Position numbers and translations under genes: made by a program. A stretch of DNA of 64,000 nucleotides from Eledone cirrhosa. Its lineage: Eukaryota. Shown piece by piece: positions 11,576-24,400 of the stretch. Position 1 is the stretch's first letter, and every line of letters begins with the position of its first letter. The stretch covers positions 408,890,001 to 408,954,000 of the forward strand of contig OZ024741.1 of the NCBI GenBank assembly GCA_964016885.1. Direction: 5' to 3'. Under the pieces are notes generated by a model. It had not been told where the DNA came from. It made no database searches and saw only the letters and a program-made list of their open reading frames with translations.

Positions 11576-14500
11576 GTACCTATTTTAAAAGGGAGACTAT
11601 GTACCTATTTTAAAAGGAAGAATGTACCTATTTTAAAAGGGAGACTGTGTACCTATTTTAAAAGGAAGACTGTGTACCTAATTTAAAAGGAAGACTGTGT
11701 ACCTATTTTAAAAGGGAGAATGTGTACCTATTTTAAAAGGGAGACTGTGTACCTATTTTAAAAGAAAGACTGTACGTCTTTGAAAAGCGAGACTGTGTAC
11801 CTATTTAAAAAAAAAGACTGTATCTATTTTAAAAGGAAGACTGTACCTATTTAAAAAAAGGATTGTGTACCTATTTTAAAAGGAAGACTGTACCTATTTT
11901 AAAAGGAAGACTGTACGTATTTTAAAAGGAAGACTGTGTACCTACTTTAAAAGGAAGACTGTGTACCTATTTTAAAAGGGAGACTGTACCTATTTTAAAA
12001 GGAAGACTGTACCTATTTTAAAAGGAAGACTGTGTACCTATTTTAAAAGCGAGACTGTACTTATATTAAAAGGAACACTGTACCTATTTTAAAAGGAAGA
12101 TTGTGTACCTATTTTAAAAGGAAGACTGTGTACCTATTTTAAAAGGAAGACTGTACCTATTTTAAAAGGAAGACAACCTATTTTAAAATAAGTCTGTGTA
12201 CCTATTTTAAAAGGAAGACTGTACCTATTTTAAAAGGGAGACTGTACCTATTTTAAAAGGGAGACTGTACCTATTTTAAAAGAAAGACTGTGTTTCCTAT
12301 TTTAAAAGAAAGACTGTGTACCAATTTTAAAAGGGAGACTGTACCTATTTTAAAAGTAAGACTGTACCCATTTTAAAAGGAAGACTGTGTACCTATTTTA
12401 AAAGGGAGACTCTACCTATTTTAAAAGGAAGACTGTGTACCTATTTTAAGAGGGAGACTGTACCTATTTTAAAAGGAAAACTGTACCTATTTTAAAAGGA
12501 AGATTGTGTACCTATTTTAAAAGGAAGACTGTGTACCTATTTTAAAAGGAAGACTGTACCTATTTTAAAAGGAAGACTGTGTACCTATTTTAAAAGGAAG
12601 ACTGTACCTATTTTAAAAGGGAGACCGTGTACCTATTTTAAAAGGGAGACTGTACATATTTTAAAAGGAAGACTGTGTACCTATTTTATAAGGAAGAATG
12701 TACCTATTTTAAAAGGAAGACTGTGTACCTAATTTAAAAGGAAGACTGTGTACCTATTTTAAAAGGGAGAATGTGTACCTATTTTAAAAGGAAGACTGTG
12801 TACCTATTTTAAAAGGAAGACTGTACCTATTTTAAAAGGAAGACTACCTATTTTAAAATAAGACTGTGTACCTATTTTAAAAGGAAGACTGTACCTATTT
12901 TAAAAGGGAGACTGTACATATTTTAAAAGGGAGACTGTACCTATTTTAAAAGGAAGACCGTGTACCTATTTTAAAAGGAAGACTGTGTACCTATTTTAAA
13001 AGGGAGACTGTACCTATTCTAAAAGGAAGACTGTACCTATTTTAAAAGGAAGACTGTGTACCTATTTTAAAAGGGAGACTGTACCTATTTTAAAAGGAAG
13101 ACTGTGTACCTATTTTAAAAGGAAGACTGTACCTATTTTAAAAGGGAGACTGTGTACCTATTTTAAAAGAAAGACTGTACCTATTTTAAAAGGAAGACTG
13201 TACCTATTTTAAAAGGAAGACTGTACCTATTTTAAAAGGAAGACTGCGTACCTATTTTAAAAGGGAGACTGTACCTATTTAAAAAGGAACACTGTACCTA
13301 TTTTAAAAGGAGGACTGTGTACCTATTTTAAAAGGGAGACTATGTACCTATCTTAAAAGGAAGACTGTACCTATTTTAAAAGGAAGACTGTGTACCTATT
13401 TTAAAAGGAAGATTGTACCTATTTTAAAAGGAAGACTGTACCTATTTAAAAAAAAGATTGTGTACCTATTTTAAAAGGAAGACCGAGTACATATTTTAAA
13501 AGGAAGACTGTACCTATTTTAAAAAAGAGACTGTGTGCCTATTTTAAAAGGGAGACCGTGTACCTATTTTAAAAGGGAGACTGTACATATTTTAAAAGGA
13601 AGACTGTGTACCTATTTTATAAGGAAGAATGTACCTATTTTAAAAGGGAGACTGTGTACCTATTTTAAAAGGAAGACTCTGTACCTAATTTAAAAGGAAG
13701 ACTGTGTACCTATTTTAAAAGGGATAATGTGTACCTATTTTAAAAGGGAGACTGTGTACCTATTTTAAAAGAAAGACTGTACGTCTTTTAAAAGCGAGAC
13801 TGTGTACCTATTTAAAAAAAAAGACTGTATCTATTTTAAAAGGAAGACTGTACCTATTTAAAAAAAAGGATTGTGTACCAATTTTAAAAGGAAGACTCTA
13901 CCTATTTTAAAAGGAAGACTGTGTACCTATTTTAAAAGGAAGACTGTACCTATTTTAAAAGGGAGACTGTGTACCTATCTTAAAAGGAAGACTGTACCTA
14001 TTTTAAAAGGAAGACTGTACCTATTTTAAAAGGAAGACTGTGTACCTATTTTAAAAGGAAGACTGTACCTATTTTAAAAGGGAGACTGTGTACCTATTTT
14101 AAAAGGAAGAATGTAGCTATTTCAAAAGGCAGACTGTACCTATTTTAAAAGGAAGACTGTACCTATTTTAAAAGGAAGACTGCGTACCTATTTTAAAAGG
14201 GAGACTGTACCTATTTAAAAACGAACACTGTACCTATTTTAAAAGGAAGACTGTGTACCTATTTTAAAAGGGAGACTATGTACCTTTTTTTAAATGGAAG
14301 ACTGTGTACCTATTTTAAAAGGAAGATTGTACCTATTTTAAAAGGAAGACTGTACCTATTTAAAAAAAAAGACTGTGTGCCTATTTTAAAAGGGAGACCG
14401 TGTACCTATTTTAAAAGGGAGACTGTACATATTTTAAAAGGAAGACTGTGTACCTATTTTAAAAGGGAGAATGTGTACCTATTTTAAAAAAGAGACTGTG

Positions 14501-17500
14501 TACCTATTTTAAAAGAAAGACTGTACGTCTTTGAAAAGCGAGACTGTGTAACTATTTAAAAAAAAAGACTGTACCTATTTTAAAAGGAAGACTGTACCTA
14601 TTTTAAAAGGAAGACTGTACCTATTTTAAAAGGAAGACTGTGTACCTATTTTAAAAGGAAGACTGTGTACCTATTTTAAAAGGGAGACTGTACCTATTTT
14701 AAAAGGAAGACTGTACCTATTTTAAAAGGAAGAATGTGTACCTATTTTAAAAGCGAGACTGTACTTATTTTAAAAGGAACACTGTACCTATTTTAAAAGG
14801 AAGATTGTGTACCTATTTTAAAAGGAAGACTGTACCTATTTTAAAAGGAAGACTGTGTACCTATTTTAAAAGGGAGACTGTGTACCTATTTTAAAAGGAA
14901 GACTGTACCTATTTTAAAAGGAAGACAACCTATTTTAAAATAAGTCTGTGTACCTATTTTAAAAGGAAGACTGTACCTATTTTAAAAGGGAGACTGTACC
15001 TATTTTAAAAGGGAGACTGTACCTATTTTAAAAGAAAGACTGTGTTTCCTATTTTAAAAGGAAGATTGTACCTATTTTAAAAGGAAGACTGTACCTATTT
15101 TAAAAGGAAGACTGTGTACCTATTTTAAAAGGAAGACTGTACCTATTTTAAAAGGGAGACTGTGTACCTATTTTAAAACAAAGAATGTACCTATTTTAAA
15201 AGGAAGACTGTACCTATTTTAAAAGGAAGACTGTACCTATTTTAAAAGGAAGACTGCGTACCTATTTTAAAAGGGAGACTGTACCTATTTAAAAAGGAAC
15301 ACTGTACCTATTTTAAAAGGAGGACTGTGTACCTATTTTAAAAGGGAGACTATGTACCTATCTTAAAAGGAAGACTGTACCTATTTTAAAAGGAAGACTG
15401 TGTACCTATTTTAAAAGGAAGACTGTACCTATTTTAAAAGGAAGACTACCTGTTTTAAAATAAGACTGTGTACCTATTTTAAAAGGGAGACTGTACATAT
15501 TTTAAAAGGGAGACTGTACCTATTTTAAAAGGAAGACTGTGTAACTATTTTAAAAGGAAGACTATACCTATTTTAAAAGGAAGACTGTACCTATTTTAAA
15601 AGGAAGACTGCGTACCTATTTTAAAAGGGAGACTATGTACCTATTTTAAAAGGAAGAATGTACCTATTTTAAAAGGAAGACTGTGTACCTATTTTAAAAG
15701 GAAGATTGTACCTATTTTAAAAGGAAGACTGTACCTATTTAAAAAAAGACTGTGTACCTATTTTAAAAGGAAGACCGTGTACGTATTTTAAAAGGAAGAC
15801 TGTACCTATTTTAAAAAAGAGACTGTGTGCCTATTTTAAAAGGGAGACCGTGTACCTATTTTGAAAGGGAGACTGTACATATTTTAAAAGGAAGACTGTG
15901 TACCTATTTTATAAGGAAGAATGTACCTATTTTAAAAGGAAGACTGTGTACCTAATTTAAAAGGAAGACTGTGTACCTATTTTAAAAGGGAGAATGTGTA
16001 CCTATTTTAAAAGGAAGACTGTACCTATTTTAAAAGGAAGACTGTGTACCTATTTTAAAAGGGAGACTATGTACCTATTTTAAAAGGAAGACTGTACCTA
16101 TTTTAAAAGGAAGACTGCGTACCTATTTTAAAAGGGAGACTGTACCTATTTAAAAAGGAACACTGTACCTATTTTAAAAGGAGGACTATGTACCTATTTT
16201 AAAAGGGAGACTATGTACCTATTTTAAAAGGAAGACTGTACCTATTTTAAAAGGAAGACTGTGTACCTATTTTAAAAGGAAGATTGTACCTATTTTAAAA
16301 GGAAGACTGTACCTATTTAAAAAAAGACTGTGTACCTATTTTAAAAGGAAGACCGTGTACATATTTTAAAAGGAAGACTGTACCTATTTTAAAAAAGAGA
16401 CTGTGTGCCTATTTTAAAAGGGAGACCGTGTACCTATTTTAAAAGGGAGACTGTACATATTTTAAAAGGAAGACTGTGTACCTATTTTATAAGGAAGAAT
16501 GTACCTATTTTAAAAGGAAGACTGTGTACCTAATTTAAAAGGAAGACTGTGTACCTATTTTAAAAGGGAGAATGTGTACCTATTTTAAAAGGAAGACTGT
16601 GTACCTATTTTAAAAGGAAGACTGTACCTATTTTAAAAGGAAGACTACCTATTTTAAAATAAGACTGTGTACCTATTTTAAAAGGAAGACTGTACCTATT
16701 TTAAAAGGGAGACTGTACATATTTTAAAAGGGAGACTGTACCTATTTTAAAAGGAAGACCGTGTACCTATTTTAAAAGGAAGACTGTGTACCTATTTTAA
16801 AAGGGAGACTGTACCTATTCTAAAAGGAAGACTGTACCTATTTTAAAAGGAAGACTGTGTACCTATTTTAAAAGGGAGACTGTACCTATTTTAAAAGGAA
16901 GACTGTGTACCTATTTTAAAAGGAAGACTGTACCTATTTTAAAAGGGAGACTGTGTACCTATTTTAAAAGGAAGACTGTACCTATTTTAAAAGGAAGACT
17001 GTGCCTATTTTAAAAGGAAGACTGTACCTATTTTAAAAGGAAGACTGCGTACCTATTTTAAAAGGGAGACTGTACCTATTTAAAAAAGAACACTGTACCT
17101 ATTTTAAAAGGAGGACTGTGTACCTATTTTAAAAGGGAGACTATGTACCTATCTTAAAAGGAAGACTGTACCTATTTTAAAAGGAAGACTGTGTACCTAT
17201 TTTAAAAGGAAGATTGTACCTATTTTAAAAGGAAGACTGTACCTATTTAAAAAAAAGATTGTGTACCTATTTTAAAAGGAAGACCGAGTACATATTTTAA
17301 AAGGAAGACTGTACCTATTTTAAAAAAGAGACTGTGTGCCTATTTTAAAAGGGAGACCGTGTACCTATTTTAAAAGGGAGACTGTACATATTTTAAAAGG
17401 AAGACTGTGTACCTATTTTATAAGGAAGAATGTACCTATTTTAAAAGGGAGACTGTGTACCTATTTTAAAAGGAAGACTCTGTACCTAATTTAAAAGGAA

Positions 17501-19260
17501 GACTGTGTACCTATTTTAAAAGGGAGAATGTGTACCTATTTTAAAAGGGAGACTGTGTACCTATTTTAAAAGAAAGACTGTACGTCTTTTAAAAGCGAGA
17601 CTGTGTACCTATTTAAAAAAAAAGACTGTATCTATTTTAAAAGGAAGACTGTACCTATTTAAAAAAAAGGATTGTGTACCAATTTTAAAAGGAAGACTCT
17701 ACCTATTTTAAAAGGAAGACTGTGTACCTATTTTAAAAGGAAGACTGTACCTATTTTAAAAGGGAGACTGTGTACCTATCTTAAAAGGAAGACTGTACCT
17801 ATTTTAAAAGGAAGACTGTACCTATTTTAAAAGGAAGACTGTGTACCTATTTTAAAAGGAAGACTGTACCTATTTTAAAAGGAAGCCTGTGTACCTATTT
17901 TAAAAGGAAGACTGTGTACCTATTTTAAAAGGAAGACTGTACCTATTTTAAAAGGAAGACTGTGTACCTATTTTAAAAGGGAGACTATGTACCTATTTTA
18001 AAAGGTAGACTGTACCTATTTTAAAAGGAAGACTGTGTACCTATTTTAAAAGGAAGATTGTACCTATTTTAAAAGGAAGACTGTACCTATTTTAAAAGGA
18101 AGACTGTACCTATTTTAAAAGGAAGACTGTGTACTTATTTTAAAAGGAAGTCTGTGTACCTATTTTAAAAGGGAGACTGTGTACCTATTTTAAAAGGAAG
18201 TCTGTGTACCTATTTTAAAAGGGAGGCTGTGTACCTATTTTAAAAGGAAGACTGTACCTATTTTAAAAGGAAGACTGTGTACTTATTTTAAAAGGAAGTC
18301 TGTGTACCTATTTTAAAAGGGAGACTGTGTACCTATTTTAAAAGGAAGTCTGTGTACCTATTTTAAAAGGGAGACTGTGTACCTATTTTAAAAGGAAGAC
18401 TGTACCTATTTTAAAAGGGAGACTGTTTAATTATTTTAAAAGGGAGACTGTGTACCTCTTTTAAAAGGAAGACTGTACCTATTTTAAAAGGGAGACTCTG
18501 TACCTCTTTTAAAAGGAAGACTGTACCTATTTTAAAAGAAGGACTGTACCTACATTAAAAGGAAGACTGTGTACCTATTTTAAAAGGAAGCCTGTGTACT
18601 TATTTTAAAAGGAAGACTGTGTACCTATTTTAAAAGGCAGACTGTGTACCTATTTTAAAAGGAAGATTGTACCTATTTTAAAAGGAAGACTCTACCTATT
18701 TTAAAAGGAAGACTGTGTACCTATTTTAAAAGGAAGAATGTACCTATTTTAAAAGGAAGACTGTGTACCTATTTTAAAAGGAAGTCTGTGTACCTATTTT
18801 AAAAGGGAGACTATGTACCTATTTTAAAAGGAAGTCTGTGTACCTATTTTAAAAGGAAGACTGTACCTATTTTAAAAAAGAGACTGTGTACCTATTTTAA
18901 AAGGAAGACTGTACCTATTTTAAAAGGTAGACTGTGTACCTATTTTAAAAGGAAGACTGTGTACCTATTTTAAAAGTGAGACTGTACCTATTTTAAAAGG
19001 AAGACTGTACCTATTTTAAAAGGAAGACTGTGTACCTATTTTAAAAGGGAGACTGTACCTATTTTAAAAGGAAGACTGTACCTATTTTAAAAAAGAGACT
19101 GTGTACCTATTTTAAAAGGAAGACTGTACCTATTTTAAAAGGGAGACTGTCTACCTATTTTAAAAGGAAGACTGTGTACCTATTTTAAAAGGAAGACTGT
19201 ACCTATTTTAAAAGGAAGACTACCTATTTTAAAATAAGACTGTGTACCTATTTTAAAAGG
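11576..19260 (+). repeat. Copy 2 of the 7,668-bp tandem segmental duplication
   Basis: Matches 3908 onward at offset 7668 until 19261 (A) vs 11593 (G). Confidence 0.93.
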
Positions 19261-20830
19261 AAGACTGTACCTATTTTAAAAGGGAGACTGTACATATTTG
19301 AAAAGGGAGACTTACCTATTTTAAAACGAAGACTGTGTACCTATTTTAAAAGGAAGACTGTGTACCTATTTTAAAAGGGAGACTGTACCTATTTTAAAAG
19401 GAATACTGTACCTATTTTAAAAGGAAGACTGTGTACCTATTTTAAAAGGGAGACTATGTACCTATTTTAAAAGGAAGACTGTACCTATTTTAAAAGGAAG
19501 ACTGTGTACCTATTTTAAAAGGAATATCGTACCTATTTTAAAAGGAAGACTGTACCTATTTTAAAAGGAAGACTGTGTACCTATTTTAAAAGGAAGACTG
19601 TACCTATTTTAAAAGGAAGACTGTGTATCTATGTTAAAAGGAAGAATGTACCTATTTTAAAAGGAAGACTGTACCTATTTAAAAAGGAACACTGTACCTA
19701 TTTTAAAAGGAAGACTGTGTACCTATTTTAAAAGGGAGACTATGTATTTATCTTAAAAGGAAGACTGTACCTATTTTAAAAGGAAGACTGTGTACCTATT
19801 TTAAAAGGAAGATTGTACCTATTTTAAAAGGAAGACTGTACCTATTTTAAAAAAGTCTGTGTACCTATTTTAAAAGGAAGACCGTGTACATATTTTAAAA
19901 GGAAGACTGTACCTATTTTAAAAAAGAGACTGTGTGCCTATTTTAAAAGGGAGACTGTACCTATTTTAAAAGGAAGACTGTACCTATTTTAAAAAAGAGA
20001 CTGTGTACCTATTTTAAAAGGAAGACTGTACCTATTTTAAAAGGGAGACTGTCTACCTATTTTAAAAGGAAGACTGTGTACCTATTTTAAAAGGAAGACT
20101 GTACCAATTTTAAAAGGAAGACTACCTATTTTAAAATAAGACTGTGTACCTATTTTAAAAGGAAGACTGTACCTATTTTAAAAGGGAGACTTACCTATTT
20201 TAAAAGGAATACTGTACCTATTTTAAAAGGAAGACTGTGTACCTATTTTAAAAGGGAGACTATGTACCTATTTTAAAAGGAAGACTGTACCTATTTTAAA
20301 AGGAAGACTGTGTACCTATTTTAAAAGGAATATCGTACCTATTTTAAAAGGAAGACTGTACCTATTTTAAAAGGAAGACTGTGTACCTATTTTAAAAGGA
20401 AGACTGTACCTATTTTAAAAGGAAGACTGTGTATCTATGTTAAAAGGAAGAATGTACCTATTTTAAAAGGAAGACTGTACCTATTTTAAAAGGAACACTG
20501 TACCTATTTTAAAAGGAAGACTGCGTACCTATTTTAAAAGGGAGACTGTACCTATTTAAAAAGGAACACTGTACCTATTTTAAAAGGAAGACTGTGTACC
20601 TATTTTAAAAGGGAGACTATGTATTTATCTTAAAAGGAAGACTGTACCTATTTTAAAAGGAAGACTGTGTAACTATTTTAAAAGGAAGATTGTACCTATT
20701 TTAAAAGGAAGACTGTACCTATTTTAAAAAATGTCTGTGTACCTATTTTAAAAGGAAGACCGTGTACATATTTTAAAAGGAAGACTGTACCTATTTTAAA
20801 AAAGAGACTGTGTGCCTATTTTAAAAGGGA
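19040..20830 (+). repeat. Local ~0.8-0.9 kb tandem duplication with whole-monomer indels
   Basis: Private variants GGAATATCGT (19521/20327), GGAATACTG, GTATCTATGTT and ACTATGTATTTATCTT occur twice in the same order. Confidence 0.8.
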
Positions 20831-21479
20831 GACCGTGTACCTATTTTAAAAGTGAGACTGTACATATTTTAAAAGGAAGACTGTGTACCTATCTTATAAG
20901 GAAGAATGTACCTATTTTAAAAGGGAGACTGTGTACCTATTTTAAGAAGGAAGACTGTGTACCTAATTTAAAAGGAAGACTGTGTACCTATTTTAAAAGG
21001 GAGAATGTGTACCTATTTTAAAAGGGAGACTGTGTACCTATTTTAAAAGAAAGACTGTACGTCTTTGAAAAGCGAGACTGTGTACCTATTTAAAAAAAAA
21101 GACTGTACCTATTTTAAAAGGAAGACTGTACCTATTTAAAAAAAAGCATTGTGTACCTATTTTAAAAGGAAGACTCTACCTATTTTAAAAGGAAGACTGT
21201 GTACCTATTTTAAAAGGTAGACTGTACCTATTTTAAAAGGGAGACTGTGTACCTATCTTAAAAGGAAGACTGTACCTATTTTAAAAGGAAGACTGTACCT
21301 ATTTTAAAAGGAAGACTGTACCTATTTTAAAAGGAAGACTGCGTACCTATTTTAAAAGGGAGACTGTACCTATTTAAAAAGGAACACTGTACCTATTTTA
21401 AAAGGAGGACTGTGCACCTATTTTAAAAGGGAGACTATGTACCTATCTTAAAAGGAAGACTGTACCTATTTTAAAAGGA

Positions 21480-24400
21480 AGACTGTGTACCTATTTTAAA
21501 AGGAAGATTGTACCTATTTTAAAAGGAAGACTGTACCTATTTAAAAAAAGACTGTGTACCTATTTTAAAAGGAAGACCGAGTACATATTTTAAAAGGAAG
21601 ACTGTACCTATTTTAAAAAAGAGACTGTGTGCCTATTTTAAAAGGGAGACCGTGTACCTATTTTAAAAGGGAGACTGTACATATTTTAAAAGGAAGACTG
21701 TGTACCTATTTTATAAGGAAGAATGTACCTATTTTAAAAGGGAGACTGTGTACCTATTTTAAAAGGAAGACTCTGTACCTAATTTAAAAGGAAGACTGTG
21801 TACCTATTTTAAAAGGGAGAATGTGTACCTATTTTAAAAGGGAGACTGTGTACCTATTTTAAAAGAAAGACTGTACGTCTTTGAAAAGCGAGACTGTGTA
21901 CCTATTTAAAAAAAAAGACTGTACCTATTTTAAAAGGAAGACTCTACCTATTTTAAAAGGAAGACTGTGTACCTATTTTAAAAGGAAGACTGTACCTATT
22001 TTAAAAGGGAGACTGTGTACCTATCTTAAAAGGAAGACTGTACCTATTTTAAAAGGAAGACTGTACCTATTTTAAAAGGAAGACTGTGTACCTATTTTAA
22101 AAGGAAGACTGTACCTATTTTAAAAGGAAGCCTGTGTAACTATTTTAAAAGGAAGACTGTGTACCTATTTTAAAAGGAAGACTGTACCTATTTTAAAAGG
22201 AAGACTGTGTACCTATTTTAAAAGGGAGACTATGTACCTATTTTAAAAGGAAGACTGTACCTATTTTAAAAGGAAGACTGTGTACCTATTTTAAAAAAAA
22301 GATTGTACCTATTTTAAAAGGAAGACTGTACCTATTTTAAAAGGAAGACTGTGTACTTATTTTAAAAGGAAGTCTGTGTACCTATTTTAAAAGGGAGACT
22401 GTGTACCTATTTTAAAAGGAAGTCTGTGTACCTATTTTAAAAGGGAGACTGTGTACCTATTTTAAAAGGAAGTCTGTGTACCTATTTTAAAAGGGAGACT
22501 GTGTACCTATTTTAAAAGGAAGACTGTACCTATTTTAAAAGGGACACTGTTTAATAATTTTAAAAGGGAGACTGTGTACCTATTTTAAAAGGAAGACTGT
22601 ACCTATTTTAAAAGGGAGACTCTGTGCCTATTTTAAACGGAAGACTGTACCTATTTTAAAAGAAGGACTGTACCTATATTAAAAGGAAGACTGTGTACCT
22701 ATTTTAAAAGGAAGCCTGTGTACCTATTTTAAAAGGAAGACTGTGTACCTATTTTAAAAAGAAGACTGTACCTATTTTAAAAGGGAGGCTGTACCTATTT
22801 TAAAAGGCAGACTGTGTACCTATTTTAAAAGGAAGATTGTACCTATTTTAAAAGGAAGACTCTACCTATTTTAAATGGAAGACTGTGTACCTATTTTAAA
22901 AGGAAGACTGCACCTATTTTAAAAGGGAGACTGTGTACCTATTTTAAAAGGAAGACTGTACCTATTTTAAAAGGAAGACTGTACCTATTTTAAAAGGAAG
23001 ACTGTGTACCTATTTTAAAAGGAAGTCTGTGTACCTATTTTAAAAGGGAGACTATGTACCTATTTTAAAAGGAAGACTGTGTACCTATTTTAAAAGTGAG
23101 ACTGTACCTACTTTAAAAGGAAGACTGTACCTATTTTAAAAGGAAGACTGTGTACCTATTTTAAAAAGGAGACTGTACCTATTTTAAAAGGAAGACTGTA
23201 CCTATTTTAAAAAAGAGACTGTGTACCTATTTTAAAAGGAAGACTGTACCTATTTTAAAAGGGAGACTGTCTACCTATTTTAAAAGAAGACCGTACCTAT
23301 GTTAAAAGGGAGACTGTGTACCTATTTTAAAAGGAAGACTGTACCTATTTTAAAAGGGAGACAGTGTACCTATTTTAAAAGGAAGACTGTGTACCTATTT
23401 TAAAAGGAAGACTGTACCTGTTTTAAAAGGAAGACTACCTATTTTAAAATAAGACTGTGTACCTATTTTAAAAGGAAGACTGTACCTATTTTAAAAGGGA
23501 GACTGTACATATTTTAAAAGGGAGACTGTACCTATTTTAAAAGGAAGACTGTGTACCTATTTTAAAAGGAAGACTGTGTACCTATTTTAAAAGGGAGACC
23601 GTACCTATTTTAAAAGGAAGACTGTACCTATTTTAAAAGGAAGACTGTGTATCTATTTTAAAAGGGAGACTGTACCTATTTTAAAAGGAAGACTGTGTAC
23701 CTATTTTAAAAGGAAGACTGTACCTATTTTAAAAGGAAGACTGTGTACCTATTTTAAAAGGGACACTATGTACCTATTTTAAAAGGAAGACTGTACCTAT
23801 TTTAAAAGGAAGACTGTGTACCTATTTTAAAAGGAAGATTGTACCTATTTTAAAAGGAAGACTGTACCTATTTTAAAAGGAAGACTGTGTACCTATTTTA
23901 AAAGGAAGACTGTACCTATTTTAAAAGGAAGACTGTGTACCTATGTTAAAAGGAAGACTGTACCTATTTTAAAAGGAAGACTGTACCTATTTTAAAAGGA
24001 AGACTGCGTACCTATTTTAAAAGGGAGACTGTACCTATTTAAAAAGGAACACTGTACCTATTTTAAAAGGAAGACTGTGTACCTATTTTAAAAGGGAGAC
24101 TATGTATTTATCTTAAAAGGAAGACTGTACCTATTTTAAAAGGAAGACTGTGTACCTATTTTAAAAGGAAGATTGTACCTATTTTAAAAGGAAGACTGTA
24201 CCTATTTTAAAAAAAGACTGTGTACCTATTTTAAAAGGAAGACCGTGTACATATTTTAAAAGGAAGACTGTACCTATTTTAAAAAAGAGACTGTGTGCCT
24301 ATTTTAAAAGGGAGACCGTGTACCTATTTTAAAAGGGAGACTGTACATATTTTAAAAGGAAGACTGTGTACCTATTTTATAAGGAAGAATGTACCAATTT

